This document shows, piece by piece, positions 42,195 to 59,099 of a DNA stretch of 64,000 nucleotides (its first letter is position 1; each line of letters opens with the position of its first letter). The translations under genes and the position numbers were made by a program. The notes below the pieces were generated by a model. That model made no database searches. It saw nothing but the letters and a program-made list of their open reading frames with translations, and was not told where the DNA came from. Source of the stretch: Eledone cirrhosa (Eukaryota); assembly GCA_964016885.1 (NCBI GenBank), contig OZ024740.1:91512001-91576000 (forward strand), given 5' to 3'.

Positions 42195-45100
42195 TGGTTT
42201 CTTTATTAGTCACAAGGGCTGACACGAAGAAACATATTATAGACGGCACAGAACAGTACAGGACGATACAAATTGGGTTTTGGTTGTGTAAATAGGTTAT
42301 AACAAATTCGGGCTAGAAATTGAAAACATTCAAACAACAAAAATTCCCCAAAAGAGGAAGCCTCCGAGGGTCACTCGTGGCGAAAACCACACAAAAAGGC
42401 CAATGCCACTCTGACCACCAGGGCAAGCGCCCTCTCTCAGTTTTACCATTCCTCAGTCTGCAGGCGCATACTCAGAGCGGGCCCGTTCACGCGGACCACT
42501 CTCGCCACTTTCACCCATCTTTCAATAAACTTACTAGAATACAGTACTTGCCCCTCCTCTCTGATTTTTCTCTTCAAGTGAAACTTGAAAGAGTTAATCA
42601 GGGATTGGCCGAAGTGGAAAGTGTCTCACTTCCACACTTTCAACCTTGTCCAGCACACAATCTCTTTCGCCCTGGCCACGAGGCAGATGAAAACAGTCTG
42701 CACTTCCTGCTCTTTAAAGGAGGATGGCGGGGCTATCTGCATAATGGACTCAGTCGATAACCGGATCCGTCCTACACACGACAGAAGCTGTTCGACATAG
42801 CTCCACAAGTCAGCAATCCTCGGGCACTGAACGAATGCGTGCAGGACGGTTTCGTCGCCCTGCGTGCATCACGGACAGGTTCGGCTGACAGTAACTCCGC
42901 GGCTCGGCTGACAGCACCTCCGTGCCTGTAGAGATTATCTCGAACCGGCAACGCTCCCCGGTAGCACTGCCAGGCAAAGGAATTCTGGAAGTTGTCCATA
43001 GGCTCTGGTCTGAAAGTTCTCTTGAAGAGATCGAACATCTAATCGTCTTCGAATCCCAGGGTCTCCCCAAGTACATCGTCGCTCTTTCCCTAAATAGCCC
43101 TCTATAGAACGCCGAGGTGGATGTTCCACCGATACTAGTGCCCAGCTGGTAGTGAGCGGTGAGCGCTTTGAGACAGTCCAGCTTCCAAGCACTATCCCTC
43201 CGTCTTTTTCTGATCCCTGACTGCAGCTCCGCCAAGGAGACGAGCTGGCGCAAAGCGCGTGTGACAAACGGCAACTTCACCTGTTCATCGTCAAGAAAGC
43301 ACTATAAATGTTGCAGCGGCTGCGCATGTTTGCTTATCATCAGCCACTGCATGCCTCGACCTCCACGCAAATGGTGTTGGCAGCAAATGGATCGTCTGAC
43401 CATCGGGGCACGTCCCTTCCTCAAACAGCGGAACAGAAGGCGCTCCATATTGGTCAGAGTTGGGTGGGGGAAAGTTACGACGGTCAGGCGGTAGCAGATG
43501 ACGGACGCTATGTACGCATTCATCACCTCCGCCCGACCTTTCAGAGACAGCCTCCTCTCTGCCCATTTCTGGATGAGGTAGGCCACCCTGTTCGTCACCT
43601 CGCTCCAGTTGTTCTCCATCTGGAGGTCCCAACCAAAGCAGACCCCGAACAATGTAACCGGTACTTCCGTGCAGCGCCCCACGACGCCATCGCACGGTAT
43701 AGACTTGCCTCTCCACGTGCTGATTGCAAGCCCACCGAGTTTTCCTGGTTTATCTTTGCTCCTGTCACAGCATCGTATTCCTTGAGAGCCGTACCGATCA
43801 TCTGGACGCGTTTGGTACTCGCATCCCAGTTCGAGTGGGACACCCGTCATCGTCTCCAATTTGTGCAGTAACGGCTATAGGGCCGTTATGTACAAGTGGG
43901 ACGAGAGGGGGGAACACTGGCGGACCGACCGTATGATGCTGAAAGGTTGAGACAGGTGACCATTCACCCTCACAATCGAGCAGATGTCGCTATACATCAC
44001 AGTGATCCAGCTACTAAAAACGGGCCCGAAGGCGGCCGTTTCGAGGACCGCAGCCAGGTACCGATGGTCGACCCTATCAACTGTCTTAGATTGATCCAAG
44101 TTAATCAGGGCCCCACCCGGGTCAGGTTCCTTAACCACCCTCTCAATGATGTATCGCATGAGGTGGAGTTTGTCGTGGTTAGATCTGTCCGGAATAGTGC
44201 CTGTCTGCGCCTCTCCCACCATATCACCGAAAACAGGCGCCAATCTATTTGCTAACACCTTGTTCTACATCTTAAACTCTGCGTTTAGCAGAATTATAGG
44301 CCTGAAGTTGTTTATAACGTCCCCCTTGTCCGGCTATTTTCTCAGCAGCTCCACCGCTCCCCGGCTCACAAACTATGAATACTCCCGTTCTGCCGCCAGT
44401 TGCAGTAGACCTCTGCCAAGATGTCGCCGAAAATCTGGCATAAACGCATAAAATTCGTAGGGCAGACCTTCCAAACCTAGCGATTTACACCTTGTGCAGT
44501 CAGACATCGATTCCCGTATTTCCCCGGCTTTTATTGGCTTTTCGCAACGCTGTGCTGCGGTCGTGGCGAGCCGAGGCAGTCCATCTAGGTATGCACTGAA
44601 GTCCATATCCCGACAGGCCCGCCGCTGATCCCGAACAGTTCAGCAAAGTGCTGCTGAAAAGCCACACACATCTGCTCGGGTTTGAGCAATACGCGCCCAT
44701 TTTGGTCAGACAAAGACCGAATTGTGGACTTGTTGCCACGTCGCGCCTCTGCAACTCGGGCCCATTGGACGGCTTTCGTCCGCTCGTGTTTCAGAGCACG
44801 CACTCAAGCTCTGACAACGCAGCCTTCATTTTTTGTGTTGAAGAATTGGTCGAGTGCCAATCTCGCCGCAAGCACGTCGGTTGCGATGCCTGTCCTAAAC
44901 GTATCTTCCAGTTTCCTGACTGGCTCTCCCTCTATTCTATTTACCTGTATCACTAGTCCTTTGCTAAACTTTATCGATTCCACTCTTATAGCCCTTTTCG
45001 GGGTAAATCACCACCTGTTGTTGAGGATCGCACCTGTCAACTCAACGCGCGCTTAACGAATTCGGTAATCCGGTCTCTGCAAGCTTTGCGCACCGGGAAC

Positions 45101-47830
45101 GATGCGTTCAGTTTCCAGTAAACGGGCCCTTGCCTATGGAGACTATCTAAGTAAATTTCACAGATCACAAATTTGTGGTCCGTGTAGTGGACTGCTTTAA
45201 ATTGTGGACAACCTACAGTAGCCTTATATGTTTACCTATGGAATACCCTATCAAAATACGATCTGGATAACCCGATGCGTTTTGCCCATGTCCACATTGG
45301 CACGTTCGAATAATTCAGTCTATACCTGTCAGAGACTTGAAAACGTCTGAGCAGGTTTTGCGGCTTTTACACCCTCCTTCTCTGTCTACTAGCCACACAT
45401 GATGCCAGCGTGCATCTAAGATACCGTTCCCATAGCCCACTACCACTAAAGAGCGGGACGTTCCCAGAAGGTTTCTAGACGTCTGAATAAATATGACCGT
45501 CCTGCCCCTGTTATGGTGTAGACGGCTACTAGCATGAAAGCATTGCCTTCGCTGCCGGTCACGTCCACCAACACAAACTTACCTTCTGGGTCCAGGAAGA
45601 TGGCGAGTTCCAAGCCTCTCCGAAAAGCACGCCCCCCGCCCCCCGATTCTGGACGGCTGGGAGATGTATATACATCGTAGCCGCCGAAGATCGGCGCGGA
45701 AACTCGTGCTTCGGAGATTATGGTCTGGCTGATGGCCGCCACATATATGTTTAGTGACCTGAGGTCGTTGAGCAGGTGAACCTGCTTTTAAGATGACCCC
45801 AGGCCACGTACATTTATACTGCCTATTCTAAGTACCGCCATGTTGGATAAGAAACTGGTTAAGTAAGAAAAGATCACTTACCTTGATCGTGTGGTGAAGG
45901 GACAGTAGAACCGTCACTTTGGCTGGTCATAGGTGTTACCAAGAGGATGTCGCTCTATATCCTCCTGGTAACCGAACCTATGAAGTCTCCAACTGTGTTG
46001 GGGAATTTTTCTTTTAACAATTTGTACTATTCTATTTTGATTTCAATAATGTGGATGGCTCTCGGGTGAGTCCTTGGTGTTGGTGACAGTATAGTAATTT
46101 TTTTCCTGTGATGTCTGTGTGATGCTTTATATGTTATAATAGTTCTTTATTTGCCATGTTTATGGCTGTATACTTTTTTGAGGGGAGGAGGGATGTTGTT
46201 GCTTTTTTCTTGTTGTTGCTGTTGTGTGTGAGTGTTTTGTTGTAGTTTGGAATGTTGGTGTTTTTCGTGAATATGGTGGTGGTGTGGTTGTTGTCGGTGG
46301 TGATGTTTGAGGTGATGATGGTGATGGTGGTGGTGTTGCTGCATACTCCTTGCAGCCTTTATCACTCTTCGTTTGCCTTCGCTTTTGGAGGGTGAAGCTA
46401 AGGGAATTTTCCTTTTTTGTTTTTTGTGGCATAAAGTTTGACACTTCCCTCTCGCCTCATACACCATGTCGGATTCCGTGGTGTCTGGGAGGGGTATGAG
46501 CTCCACTGCTGATGGTGGAGCCCGCACCGGCGATATTTCCGCCGGTGTAGCTATTGCGACTGTTGGTGTTGCCGCTGTTTTAGTTGTCTGTGGCCTTGGT
46601 ATAGGTGCCAAAGACGTTGCCCACCTATTTACCATGGAAGGGTCTTCTGCGGCTGTTGCTTGCTCTGTTCTGGGTAGCACGGTTCAGGCGTCGGAAAGAG
46701 GGGCCCCTCTTCTTGACTGTCTTCTGTGGGCAGATGGCCGTGAGGTGACCCTTCTGCACACAGGGATAGCACTTTGGGCGCTTTCCTTGCACGTTTATAG
46801 GGAGGTTGAGCCTTCCTAGAGGTCTGGGATGGCCTCGATGCACATCTGGTCAGTCTGTATTAGCATTTGCATGTCTATTCCTGACCAGTTCCTTCTTCCT
46901 ATTTTCTGTATTTGCAGTATGGTGGTCATCTCCTATTTTCCAGCCAGTACAGACGCGGCCAGCCAAGGCATGGGCACGTCGGGCGGGACCTGCGTCGCTT
47001 TGACCCTCACAATTTTCTACCGCAGTAGGAGGGCACCAAGACTATCTCCTCACTCTTTAGGATTTCCAAAGAGTGAACTTCACTCCCTTGGGTGTGGCGA
47101 AATGTACGTCTACTGTGTCGTACTTTTATCCTCGGGTGATGTCGGTTTGCGCACACAGATGCACCTAAAGGCTTTTGGATTTGAGCTACCGTTGTTCTCT
47201 TTCCACCCGATGTGACATTTTGCTACAGGTCTTCTTGGTGGTGCTGTTGCTGTAGCTACTGCTACAAAACGGTGTTGTTAGTATTGTTGCTGTTATCACT
47301 GTTGTAGTTGGTTGTGTTTTTGGTGCCACCGTTGTTGTTGTTTTCGGTGCAATCTGTATTGTTGCTGTTGGTGTTGTTGTTTATTTTCTTGTTAGTGGTG
47401 TTAATATCGTTGTTGCATTTGTCATTTTTGTTCTGTTGTCTGTATTTTCGTTGACGCTGTTATTGATGTAGTTGGTGTGGTAATGTTCTCAAAATTAGTG
47501 TTCTCAGTGTTGTCTTTATTCACGTTGATTGTGGTAGTGTCTGTTTTGTGAATTTCACTAACCCTCATCTCAACTTTAACGCCTTTGTCACACAACAGCA
47601 GTCATATTGTTTGGCCTCATCCATGTTTTTTTCTAAATATCTTTTTTTTAAAAATTAAAATGTTCAAATATTTGGGCAAAACGGCCCAAATATTATACTT
47701 TCCACTTTCCAGGGCAAAGTCTAAGGGTTTATATTCCTGACATAACAATACATATTTAACAACAAATAATTTTAACAGGCAAATAAAGCGACGTTCTGGG
47801 AGCGAGCAAAAGTCGTCCAATTTGAACAAT
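42195..47830 (-). mobile_element. near-full-length decayed Tx1/L1-clade retrotransposon
   Basis: ORF2 remnants from ATG 45841 to ~42450, collinear with 25255-28691. ORF1 remnant with CCHC knuckle CYPCVQKGHLTAIC (~46735-46780). TA tracts near both ends. Confidence 0.9.
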
Positions 47831-47837
47831 AATAATA

Positions 47838-48480
<643 letters not shown>

Positions 48481-51400
48481 AGGGAGAGAATTGGGAGTGT
48501 GTAACACTCCACTTATCAAATAGGCAGTATATGGTTAGCTCAATGTCAGAGGACAGAGCCGTAATACAATTAACAACAAAGAGCGCTTAGAACATAGGTA
48601 TATATTTAATTGCTAACAGTGTTTCGTCCACACTAGAGGTGGGACACTTCAGAGCATAAAGAGTAAATACAAAGTATACAAGCATTGACAAAGCCAAAAC
48701 AGAAGAATATATGTGGGGATACCATAAGTTGGGAGGAGTTTAAGGAGTAAAGTAAAAGGAGCAAAGTAAGAGGAGCAAAATAAGAGTAGTAAAATAAAAT
48801 AAACATAAAAATAAGAATAAGATTAAGAATAAAAAAAGAATAAGATTAAGAATGAAAATAATAATAAAAATAATAATACTATTAATAATAAAAATAAAAA
48901 TAAAAATAAAAATAAAAATAAAAAAAAAATAAAAATAAAAATAAAAATTAAAATAAAAATTAAAATAAAAATAAAAATAAGAATGAAAAATGAAAAATGA
49001 AAAATGAAAAATGAAAAATGAAAAAATGAAAAATGAAAAATGAAAAATGAAAAATGAAAAATGAAAAATGAAAAAAAAAAAAATAAATAAAATAATAAAT
49101 AAATAATAAATAAAAAAATAAAAATAAAAAAAATAAAATGAATAATAATAAAAAAATAAGAGATGTTATCACTCACAGTTGGGCAGGGTTACGTTAACAT
49201 ACAGCTACATACAATTATATGCATAAGCATGAGCACCCGCATGCACCTACACACAAGCACCCGTATGCAACACATACAGTATACACTAATACAAATAACA
49301 TATCATAGACGGATGGGCACAAGTTAAGAGGTAGAGATAGATAAACAAAATAGATAAGAGGTAGATAAAAAACAGATAAAAAATAGATAAAAAATAGATA
49401 AAAAATAGATAAAACATAGATAAAAAAATAGATAAAAAATAAAAAAAATATAAAAAAAATAAAAAAATAATAAATAAAAAATAGATAAGAAATAGATAAA
49501 AACATAGCTAAAAAATAGCTAAAAAATAGATAAGAAATAGATACAAATAGCTAAAAAATAGATGAAAGATAAATAATAAAAAATAATAAAAAATAAAAAA
49601 TATGATAAAATAAAATAAAATAAAATAAAATAAAATAATATAATAAAAGGTAAATTAAAATATACACCAGAAGATAGATAAAAATAAAAAACAATACACC
49701 AAAGAAAATGGAGTAAAATATACACCATAAAGGAAGGTGTGGGTAAAGATAATACTGGCAAATGCATAAGCTATCAAGCTATGTTCAACAAAGGATATAC
49801 GTACAACACATAAAATACACAAAGATATATATACAAAAATATATATAAAATATATATATAAAAGAGACGCATATATAAGGATATATATATATATATATAT
49901 ACATACATATAACAGTCCAAGTAATGTATATTTATAAAGATGTAACTGGGGGTAAAAAGATGTAATAAGGGTAATCAAGATGGTAAAATAATATTATTAT
50001 AGAAATCATAAGGTGACACTAGTGTTGACTCATGGTGATATATGGAATATATCAGGACACGAACGCCTTAGGTGTTGCAGTTAGCCACAGTTCAACAATA
50101 GAGCGTTCAAATGAGATTTTCCGTGAACAGATGCTATGTCCGCACTAGATTGAGTTGACCATTACAATGCAATGGAAACATCCCAGGTTGGACAGTCCCA
50201 GAAGTTCACACTCCAAAGTTCAATCCACAGGTGTGCATTCATAGAGTTGAGCGGTTAGGCAATCCGAAAAAGTTTACACTACAAAGTTCAATACACAGAC
50301 GTGTATTCACAGAGTTGGGCACTCAGGCAAGAAATAACTGGTCAACAAGGTGTATCCATATCACAAGCAGGAGCATATGCTGGGAAGGTTGCAGGCAAAT
50401 TCACATACAGCAACACGAACATCAAAAGGCAAATAACTGAGGCGCATATTAGTGAGCAGAAGCGGGCAAGTGCAGGTGGTAAAACACAGTCAGGCGAAGC
50501 AGGTTCTTATGCATATCATTTAATGTAATATAAGAAAATTCAGCAACAGTGCATAACAAATAGCTTCCAAAGCGAAGAAAACTCAGCAACAGTGCATAAC
50601 AAATAGCTTCCAAAGCGGACAACCACAAAATCACAACATTGAGCAACAATCCGGCATCACAAGAATGTACACAACATTAGGGCCAGTCCAGAGACAGTAT
50701 ATGTATACTTATACATACACACATACACACAGACATGTATATGCAGAGACAATGCACGTACACATATATACAGAATATTCAAAATACAACCTTATGAGGA
50801 GCGTATTCCCACGTGTAGTCACCAGATTCAATTATAAACAAACCGTTAATAAATACGGAAGGCTATCGGGGCCAAAGCGTTATTCTTGGGAGAATAACAC
50901 AGAGCGTCAATCTATGGAAGACCAACTATGCCAAAAATACACCGGGCCAAAACACCCCAAAGTCAGCGTGTAGACTGTGAACCGCAGAATAGGAGGGTAA
51001 CACATACATGTACACCATATCTACCGCCCACGGCGAGATGGCACAGGTCAGCTCACGGTGACTGGCTAAATCTCCGTCCCATATGGGCACAGGACCATTG
51101 GTTCACCACGAGTCAACAAGGTAATTAAAAATAAACTAAGATAAGATAAAATGTGAGGGGCAGGTTAAATCTAATCAATTGTTCATCTTATAACGCAGTA
51201 CACATTCTACATAGATGTATTACCTCAAAACTCATGAGCATACAAAGGTGCAAATCCATACAATAAACGTTGGGATAGACCCACCAATGCACAAACACAC
51301 ACACGGTGGCTGGGCAAGTATGGAAGGGTCACTTCAACTGTACCGAACAAGGGTGTTTATTAACATATACACCAACTCACATATACACCTCGATATCCAA

Positions 51401-51824
51401 ATTCCATATACACATGCAGGCGTACATACACACAGACACATATACAAACAAGACAAACAATATGATACAAATACACTAGATTACCCAACTGGAGGATTCT
51501 GAAAGTGCCAGCTAATAGGCTTAAAGTAAAAGAAAGAGCTTAATATCCGGTGGGGGAATGAGGAAAATATTTCCGACTTTCTATTTAGTAGGGAGCACTT
51601 GGCAAATATAATTGAGTGGGATTCCGTAAGGCATAGGTTACATACTCTATTATGAGGAGTATATGGATGGGATTTAGCAACTTGCCGCCAAGTGAGGGTA
51701 TACTGTGTTCGTGCATTTTTTAAATTGTGGACGTGCGCTGCCAAGGAGGTAGAATTCTTCAGTTTATTATGTCTAAATGTACACTGGTGAGTGTTAAATC
51801 TGGTTTTAAAAGGGGTGGATGTTG
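48481..51824 (-). mobile_element. PLE 3' portion: GIY-YIG C-terminus, ~3-kb 3' region, hammerhead and tail
   Basis: [12 protein letters not shown]...TSLA...W...CNLCLTE...LLNRKSE...PH at ~51500-51822. HHR at 48610-48661 (UGCU-CUGAAGU-GUCCCAC../GUGUGGAC-GAAAC-ACU-GUU-AGCA). Internal minisatellites at 48880-49080 and 49340-49570. Confidence 0.8.
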
Positions 51825-53191
<1,367 letters not shown>

Positions 53192-53194
<3 letters not shown>

Positions 53195-53801
53195 TGGCTG
53201 CCAACTCGTTTTCGAGCACGGCCACTACTTTATATCCATGTAGGAGAGCCCCTACTGATGCGCTGAACGAGTGTGACTTTTTAGTCCACCCAGCGACTTG
53301 AAAACTCTGATACAAACACTACACCTGTGACAATTATTGACACATAGTGCTGGGCCCATGATACCATGTGACGACAAGTGCAGAGAGATCTCCAGATATA
53401 AAGCAATGCCTGTGCCGTGGAACTTTTATATTGAGCAAAGGCACTGCACAAAGACAGTCCCACTCTCTTAACCAAGATTACATTTACCAAAAAGAAGAAC
53501 AAGTCAACATAATTGGACACCATCAGAGTTGCAGGTGTTATATCAGAGTTTTCCTTCTCATAGAATTCTGCCATGACAAAGGCTAAGGGGTCATCTCTCC
53601 CGGTGATTGTGGATGGCCATTGACTCTTAAGAGTTCCTTTGCCCTTTGACAGCTTTTGTTTTTACTCCTGCAGGATATTCAAAGTCACCCTCCTCACCAA
53701 GAAACATTGGTGGTGTTGCCAGTTTAGTCGCCGACGACCCGACCATGGGACAGGTTGTACTGGAATACATGTTACCAGTAGCACCAACTGGTGACCTGAC
53801 A
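53192..53801 (-). mobile_element. ~610-bp repeat, probable solo LTR (second copy)
   Basis: Reverse complement of 8509-9117; TG...CA termini; TA flanks. Confidence 0.5.
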
Positions 53802-55506
53802 TATATACATATATACACACGTATATATATATATATATACATATATGTGTGTGTATGTGTGTGTGTTTGTGTGCGTGTGTGCACGCGTGTATGTGCATAA
53901 TATGTCTGTCGTGTTTAACTAAATATGGCTAATCCGATAATTAAATTATTTGTTCTTACAACGTCCTTGTAATGATCATAAACTGCAAATCTGAAATGGT
54001 AACGTTAGTCATCTGCTAGGCTCTTTATTTGTTTTGAGGATCGCATTTATTTTGCATAAATTCGTAGTAACAAAATTGAATAAATATTAACTTTATATGA
54101 TTAAATCCCTAGCTGATTTTATCTAAGAAAAATATTTTTCTTCGTTCATATTGTTTACCATGCAATGAACATTTTATTTCTGTAAATAAATAACGTTATC
54201 AAATGTGTTAAGAATAAAAATAACGTGAGTTAATAGTTATTTGCTTGATTAGATTTTATCTAATTATATTATAGGACATTAAAACAAAAGCAGCTGATAT
54301 GATTATCCTTGAATATATGAATGTTCTTTTATATATATATATATAATTATATTACCGGAAGTTATTATAAAAACATCAGCTCAACCTTTTCATTTTCTAT
54401 TTAACTTTAACGCCATGAATATTTTAAGTTTTATGGTGGACATAATAGATTTTCAATTTTTGGAAAATAAAATATGCTATGTTTGTGTTTTTGTCTTGAT
54501 ATTAAACTAAACTTTCATAGTGGGATTTTAATGATCGGAAACGCGCTTTATGAAATCATTTTGAGTCAAGCAGCTGTTTGCAAGTGAAGAAAGCATTTTT
54601 ATGGTACTAATACAATTATTTTAAATGAATAAATATAAGCTTTGATTCCATTTATCCTTTAGCTAATATTAAAAAAAGATAAACTCGCATTGAATACAGG
54701 AATATTGATTTCTGTATAATTCTTCTGTGTTTTAATAGTATTTGTGATGTTTTATTGATCAATAAATAGGGCCTCTACATTCTTACACCGAGATTTTAGG
54801 AACAATATCCATATATGAGGTAAGACACAGATTTTGAATGAGAATTATCGAATATCATAAACCTGGCAAGTTGAAGTTTGGTCATTGTTCTTGCACAATT
54901 TATATATTCAAAAATTAAAAGAAATGTTTGCAAACATATAACCGTGTAAGGTAGCACATCCCATTGACCGTTAGTCTCATGTCACATTAAAACAAGCATA
55001 GCAATTACGATGATTCGGCATTTCATGATACAATAGGAGATTTATATACTCGCATAATTTTGTAATAAATTAGATTCAAGGTTATTACATAAGTATAAAA
55101 TGTAAGAAGTGACAAAATATCAATAAAATAGGCATCGCCTTCGTTCTCAAAATTTGAGGAAATAATCTAACAACCCAAATCAAATGGAATTATATTTTCC
55201 GGTTAACCGCAATTCTCAATGTATCCATATTTCAAATTGCTGAGGTTAGTTAGATTATTATTTTTGCAGTTAACTTAAACGATTCTACTACGACGGCTGA
55301 TCTGCTCTTGGAGAAAGAAGTCAAATTGAATGATTTAATTACAATCCTAGTTAAACCATAATATCTGATAATAAATATAGAACTGTATCTGAGATTGGAA
55401 TGCATTTAACAGGAGCTCTAATTCTTCAGGAATGGGATATATATATATATAAATTAATAAAAGCAATGTATAAAAACAAAGAACATGTTCCTTATATTAA
55501 TAAAAT

Positions 55507-55640
55507 CATCATTTGACAATCGTTTCTAGGATATATATGTGTGTTGGTATGTATATCATATCGATCCATGTAAACATTTTACAAACAATCAGTGGAAATA
55601 TACATACCTTCATATATATATGCTGTCTTCAGAAATAATA
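55507..55640 (-). ncRNA. family-C long-stem-II hammerhead in an isolated PLE 3' fragment (~55450-55640)
   Basis: UUAUUU-CUGAAGA(55632-55626)...GAAAC-GAUU-GUC-AAAUGA; homologous to 32579-32733. Confidence 0.75.
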
Positions 55641-56258
55641 TATATATACAAGTCTATTTTCGTTTTATTTGTGTGTATGTAACAGTAAACCAATGAGAAA
55701 AACGCACGCCAGATGTATTTTGAAACATCAATATACATTTTCAAATGGTTCGCCAACTTAAATACGCTACCCTCCAGGATTTTGTTGGAAATGCTCTGAT
55801 GTGCTAGACAAACTAACAGGATCTGTTATTGCGGATGATTTTCAGCACCCCCGTCATAGTTTGTAAACTTGCGTTTTATGTATCTATGAATTTTTATTTT
55901 GTTTATCTTTAGTTATTACTCTAACCTGTGAATATTTAATGACATTTTATGTTTTAGTTGCCTCCAAATTCACCTCCAAAATTGTTGTGTGATTGTGAAA
56001 TATTCTATTTGAGAGACATTTGTTTGTGTCGTGTATTGAAATTATATTGTGTGTAATCTAGCAAGTGCTGTGTAATCGTTTAATTATTTTACATGCTACA
56101 TGAAGTGTTTCTATTGTGCTCGTGTTGTTTGCCTATGTATTATGCTTTAGTTAAATGAGGGCACACAATTCTATCCAACATGTCGAAAGTATAGTCTGAC
56201 AGTTTTAGGAGTATACATTTCTTTCTGACACCAATGGAATTACGTACAACATTTAAAC

Positions 56259-56444
56259 TCGGCGGGATTTGAACTCAGTTACGGCCCGTTATGGTCTGAG
56301 TTCAAATCCCGCCGATGTTAACTTTGCCTTTCATCCTTACGCGGTTGATAAAATAAAGTACCAGTCACGCACTGGCGTCGATTTAATCGACTTTCCCTCC
56401 CCCAAAATTGCAAGCCTTGTGCCTATATAGGAAACCATTATTAT
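56259..56444 (+). mobile_element. tRNA-derived SINE, 5'-truncated with a short 5' inversion
   Basis: B box GAGTTCAAATCCC and core GCCTTTCATCCTTACGCGGTTGATAAAATAAAGTACCAG. 56259-56278 is the reverse complement of 56296-56315. Confidence 0.78.
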
Positions 56445-57854
56445 ATGCTCGCTTAATTTCAACAGTTCTACAGTTTGACAGTTCTACAGTTTACTGTGCC
56501 ACATTTTGTTGAAATAGAAATGTGTAAATTACTATTCCTTATTCAATTACCTACGCACATCACGAAATAAATAATATATGACAGTTGTCTTATTCTAAAT
56601 GCAATGACATTTTCTTTCCTTTGTCTCTCCCTCGATATTTAACAATTATTTGAGACTGCTGAATCTTTTAATGGGACCTAGAACAGAGATCTATATTGTT
56701 TTAATTTACTTCATATAACAGCATTCCTAATTTGAACATATATTTGATCTACTTGCCCTACCTAAATTATTCCCTATATTAGATATTTCAATTGATTTCA
56801 ATGTTGAATTACTGAGCATAAGTTAATAGTAGTTAATCTGAATGGTGTGTGGAATTATAATCGCTTATCCGCATTATGTAATTTATTTTTAACATGTTGT
56901 GTACTTGATGTTGTGTGTTTAATTTTCAGTTGATGATTGTTTGTATCATGTGATTTGTAAATATATAATGGACTAGTTTTCGAGAATATGAGTTGGATAA
57001 GTTATAGTCGTTATACTTCACTGCATGTATTGCATGGTACTTCTTTTTGTTGCGAACTATTTATTTTGTTACAGAAGATTATGTTGATGAAGTAGGATAT
57101 GCTCTTTGCTTCTCGCCATGTATACATTTGTATATATCCTTCCAGCATTGGTGTAGTTCTGTTTCAATTCCTGCATTTTATACATCTTTTTCCTTTTGTC
57201 AGTTTCCTATATTGTTTCATATAAAGGTCCATTTTGTTTTGTTATTCAGTGGGAGAGTTGGAAATATATCACCCAAATAGTCTGCAGTAGAATTTTATTC
57301 AACAATGCAAAAACGTGGAAGACATAACTTACATCTTAGTGCCTAAATCATTACAATATTTATAACTCACATGTCTCGATATGCAATTTATAGAAAAACA
57401 ATAGATCGGTTAAAATAATATTGACTTCGGGTTTTTCGCTCAGAATGATAAGAGATGAAACATAAATTGTCCTAAATTGTCAGTAAATTGTCCTAAACTC
57501 TATGGAATGTCAATTATCTACTTATGTTCTCATGGTTGGAATAAAATAATGAAATAATATTGAGAGCGCTTCCATTAGAGTCAATTTGTATTATAGAAGA
57601 AAATAACCTTCTGTTTGGTATTAGGAATTCCTTGAATTGGCTTGTATCTATATGTTTTCTTTAAAGTGCACGTCAAGTGATATTTCCTCACAGTCTGATG
57701 CAAGATACTACTGGAAACAGAATTCAATAGATGAATGCAATACCTAGATTTAATTGTCCTATATATTATTCTATAAAGTGGCAGAGAGAGAAATAGGGAG
57801 AGAGAGAGAGAGGAAGATGAAACGCGTACATAAAAAGACACACACACACACTTC

Positions 57855-58395
57855 TCTGCTTCCTATTCGCCCAATTATTCGTGACAGGATCAAGAGGGAA
57901 GAATCTTCAAACTCACCTTCCAGCTGGTCCTGTAAGAGGCAGCTGTCTCCATCATCTCCGACAGAGTCCTCAAACGTGACAAGCCAAACTCATGGATGTT
58001 ATTCAAGCATCTTACACACGGTCTACCCCTGGGTTTCTTGTCTGTTCAGCGATTCTTTACTAAGACATTCCAACCACATGCCCATAGTATTGGAGATGTT
58101 ATCTCTCACTTCGGAGAAGTAGCAGCTCTACTTGAAATGATTGCCTGATCTCCTAGCCTCAATCTTTATCGAGAAACGTTACTCCCAAGACTCTTCGGAG
58201 CTATTCCATTTCGGCAGCTTGTATTAGTGATCATATGCCTTCTGTCATTACTCAAGATTCAGGACCATAGGTAAAGGTTTGCACGAACACCGAAATGAAG
58301 AGAGTTTTGCTTTTAGGCATACCTCCGTGATTCTGATTACTGCATTAGTAAGCCTCTCCTGTAAAGTCAATCCTAAGTGTCTGGCAAATATTTCC
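57855..58395 (-). mobile_element. RTE-clade LINE 3' fragment, decayed
   Basis: Manual minus-strand translation: TFTYGPES*VMT...IQAAEM..LRRVLGV...YYGHVVGM...KPRGRP, typical of the RTE C-terminal region. Confidence 0.7.
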
Positions 58396-58445
58396 ACACA
58401 CACACACACACACACACATACATACATACATGCACACACACACTC

Positions 58446-58483
<38 letters not shown>

Positions 58484-58527
58484 GCATACACATTCACACA
58501 CACACATATGTATATATATATATATAT

Positions 58528-58974
58528 GTAGAGGTTATATTTAATTTGTAGGGATACAACAAGCTAAAATATTTTTATAACTGATATAAAATAAACCACT
58601 CAACAAATTATTGGAGTAAATATACAATATATTAACAAATGGAAACTATATTCATTTCATTATACACATTTCAAGGGCCACCAAGGCAGATTATGGTGCG
58701 CTTTCATCAGATAAAATATAATACAGATTAGTTTTATAAATAAATATTGACATACCCTGAAAAAATGCAACCTTAACGGTTCGAGCTTCCTGGATATCAC
58801 TAGCTGTTAATGTTGCATTTTTTCAGGGCACGTCAATATTTATTTATAAAACTAATCTGATTCATATTTTACGCCATGAAAGCGCTCCATAATCTGCCTT
58901 GGTGGCCCTTGAAATATGTATAATAAAATAAATATGGTTTTATAAATATAGTTTCCATTTGTTGATATATTGTG
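58528..58974. mobile_element. family-1-related hammerhead fold-back
   Basis: Tail 58528-58620 homologous to 1095-1185. HHR core CUGAUGA at 58710-58704 (-). Right-arm core mutated (GCCATGA). Centre ~58790. Confidence 0.8.
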
Positions 58975-59099
58975 TATATATATATATGTATTTATTTATT
59001 TCATATTATTAGGATAATATAATTGCAAATAAATAAATATATGTAGATTAGTCAATTAATTTCATTAATATATTATTGATAGATATAATATCAATAATA

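Noticed and set aside
50540-50620. ~43-bp two-copy tandem (and a 60-bp tandem at 21697-21811)
   Set aside because: Ordinary slippage duplications inside PLE 3' regions.
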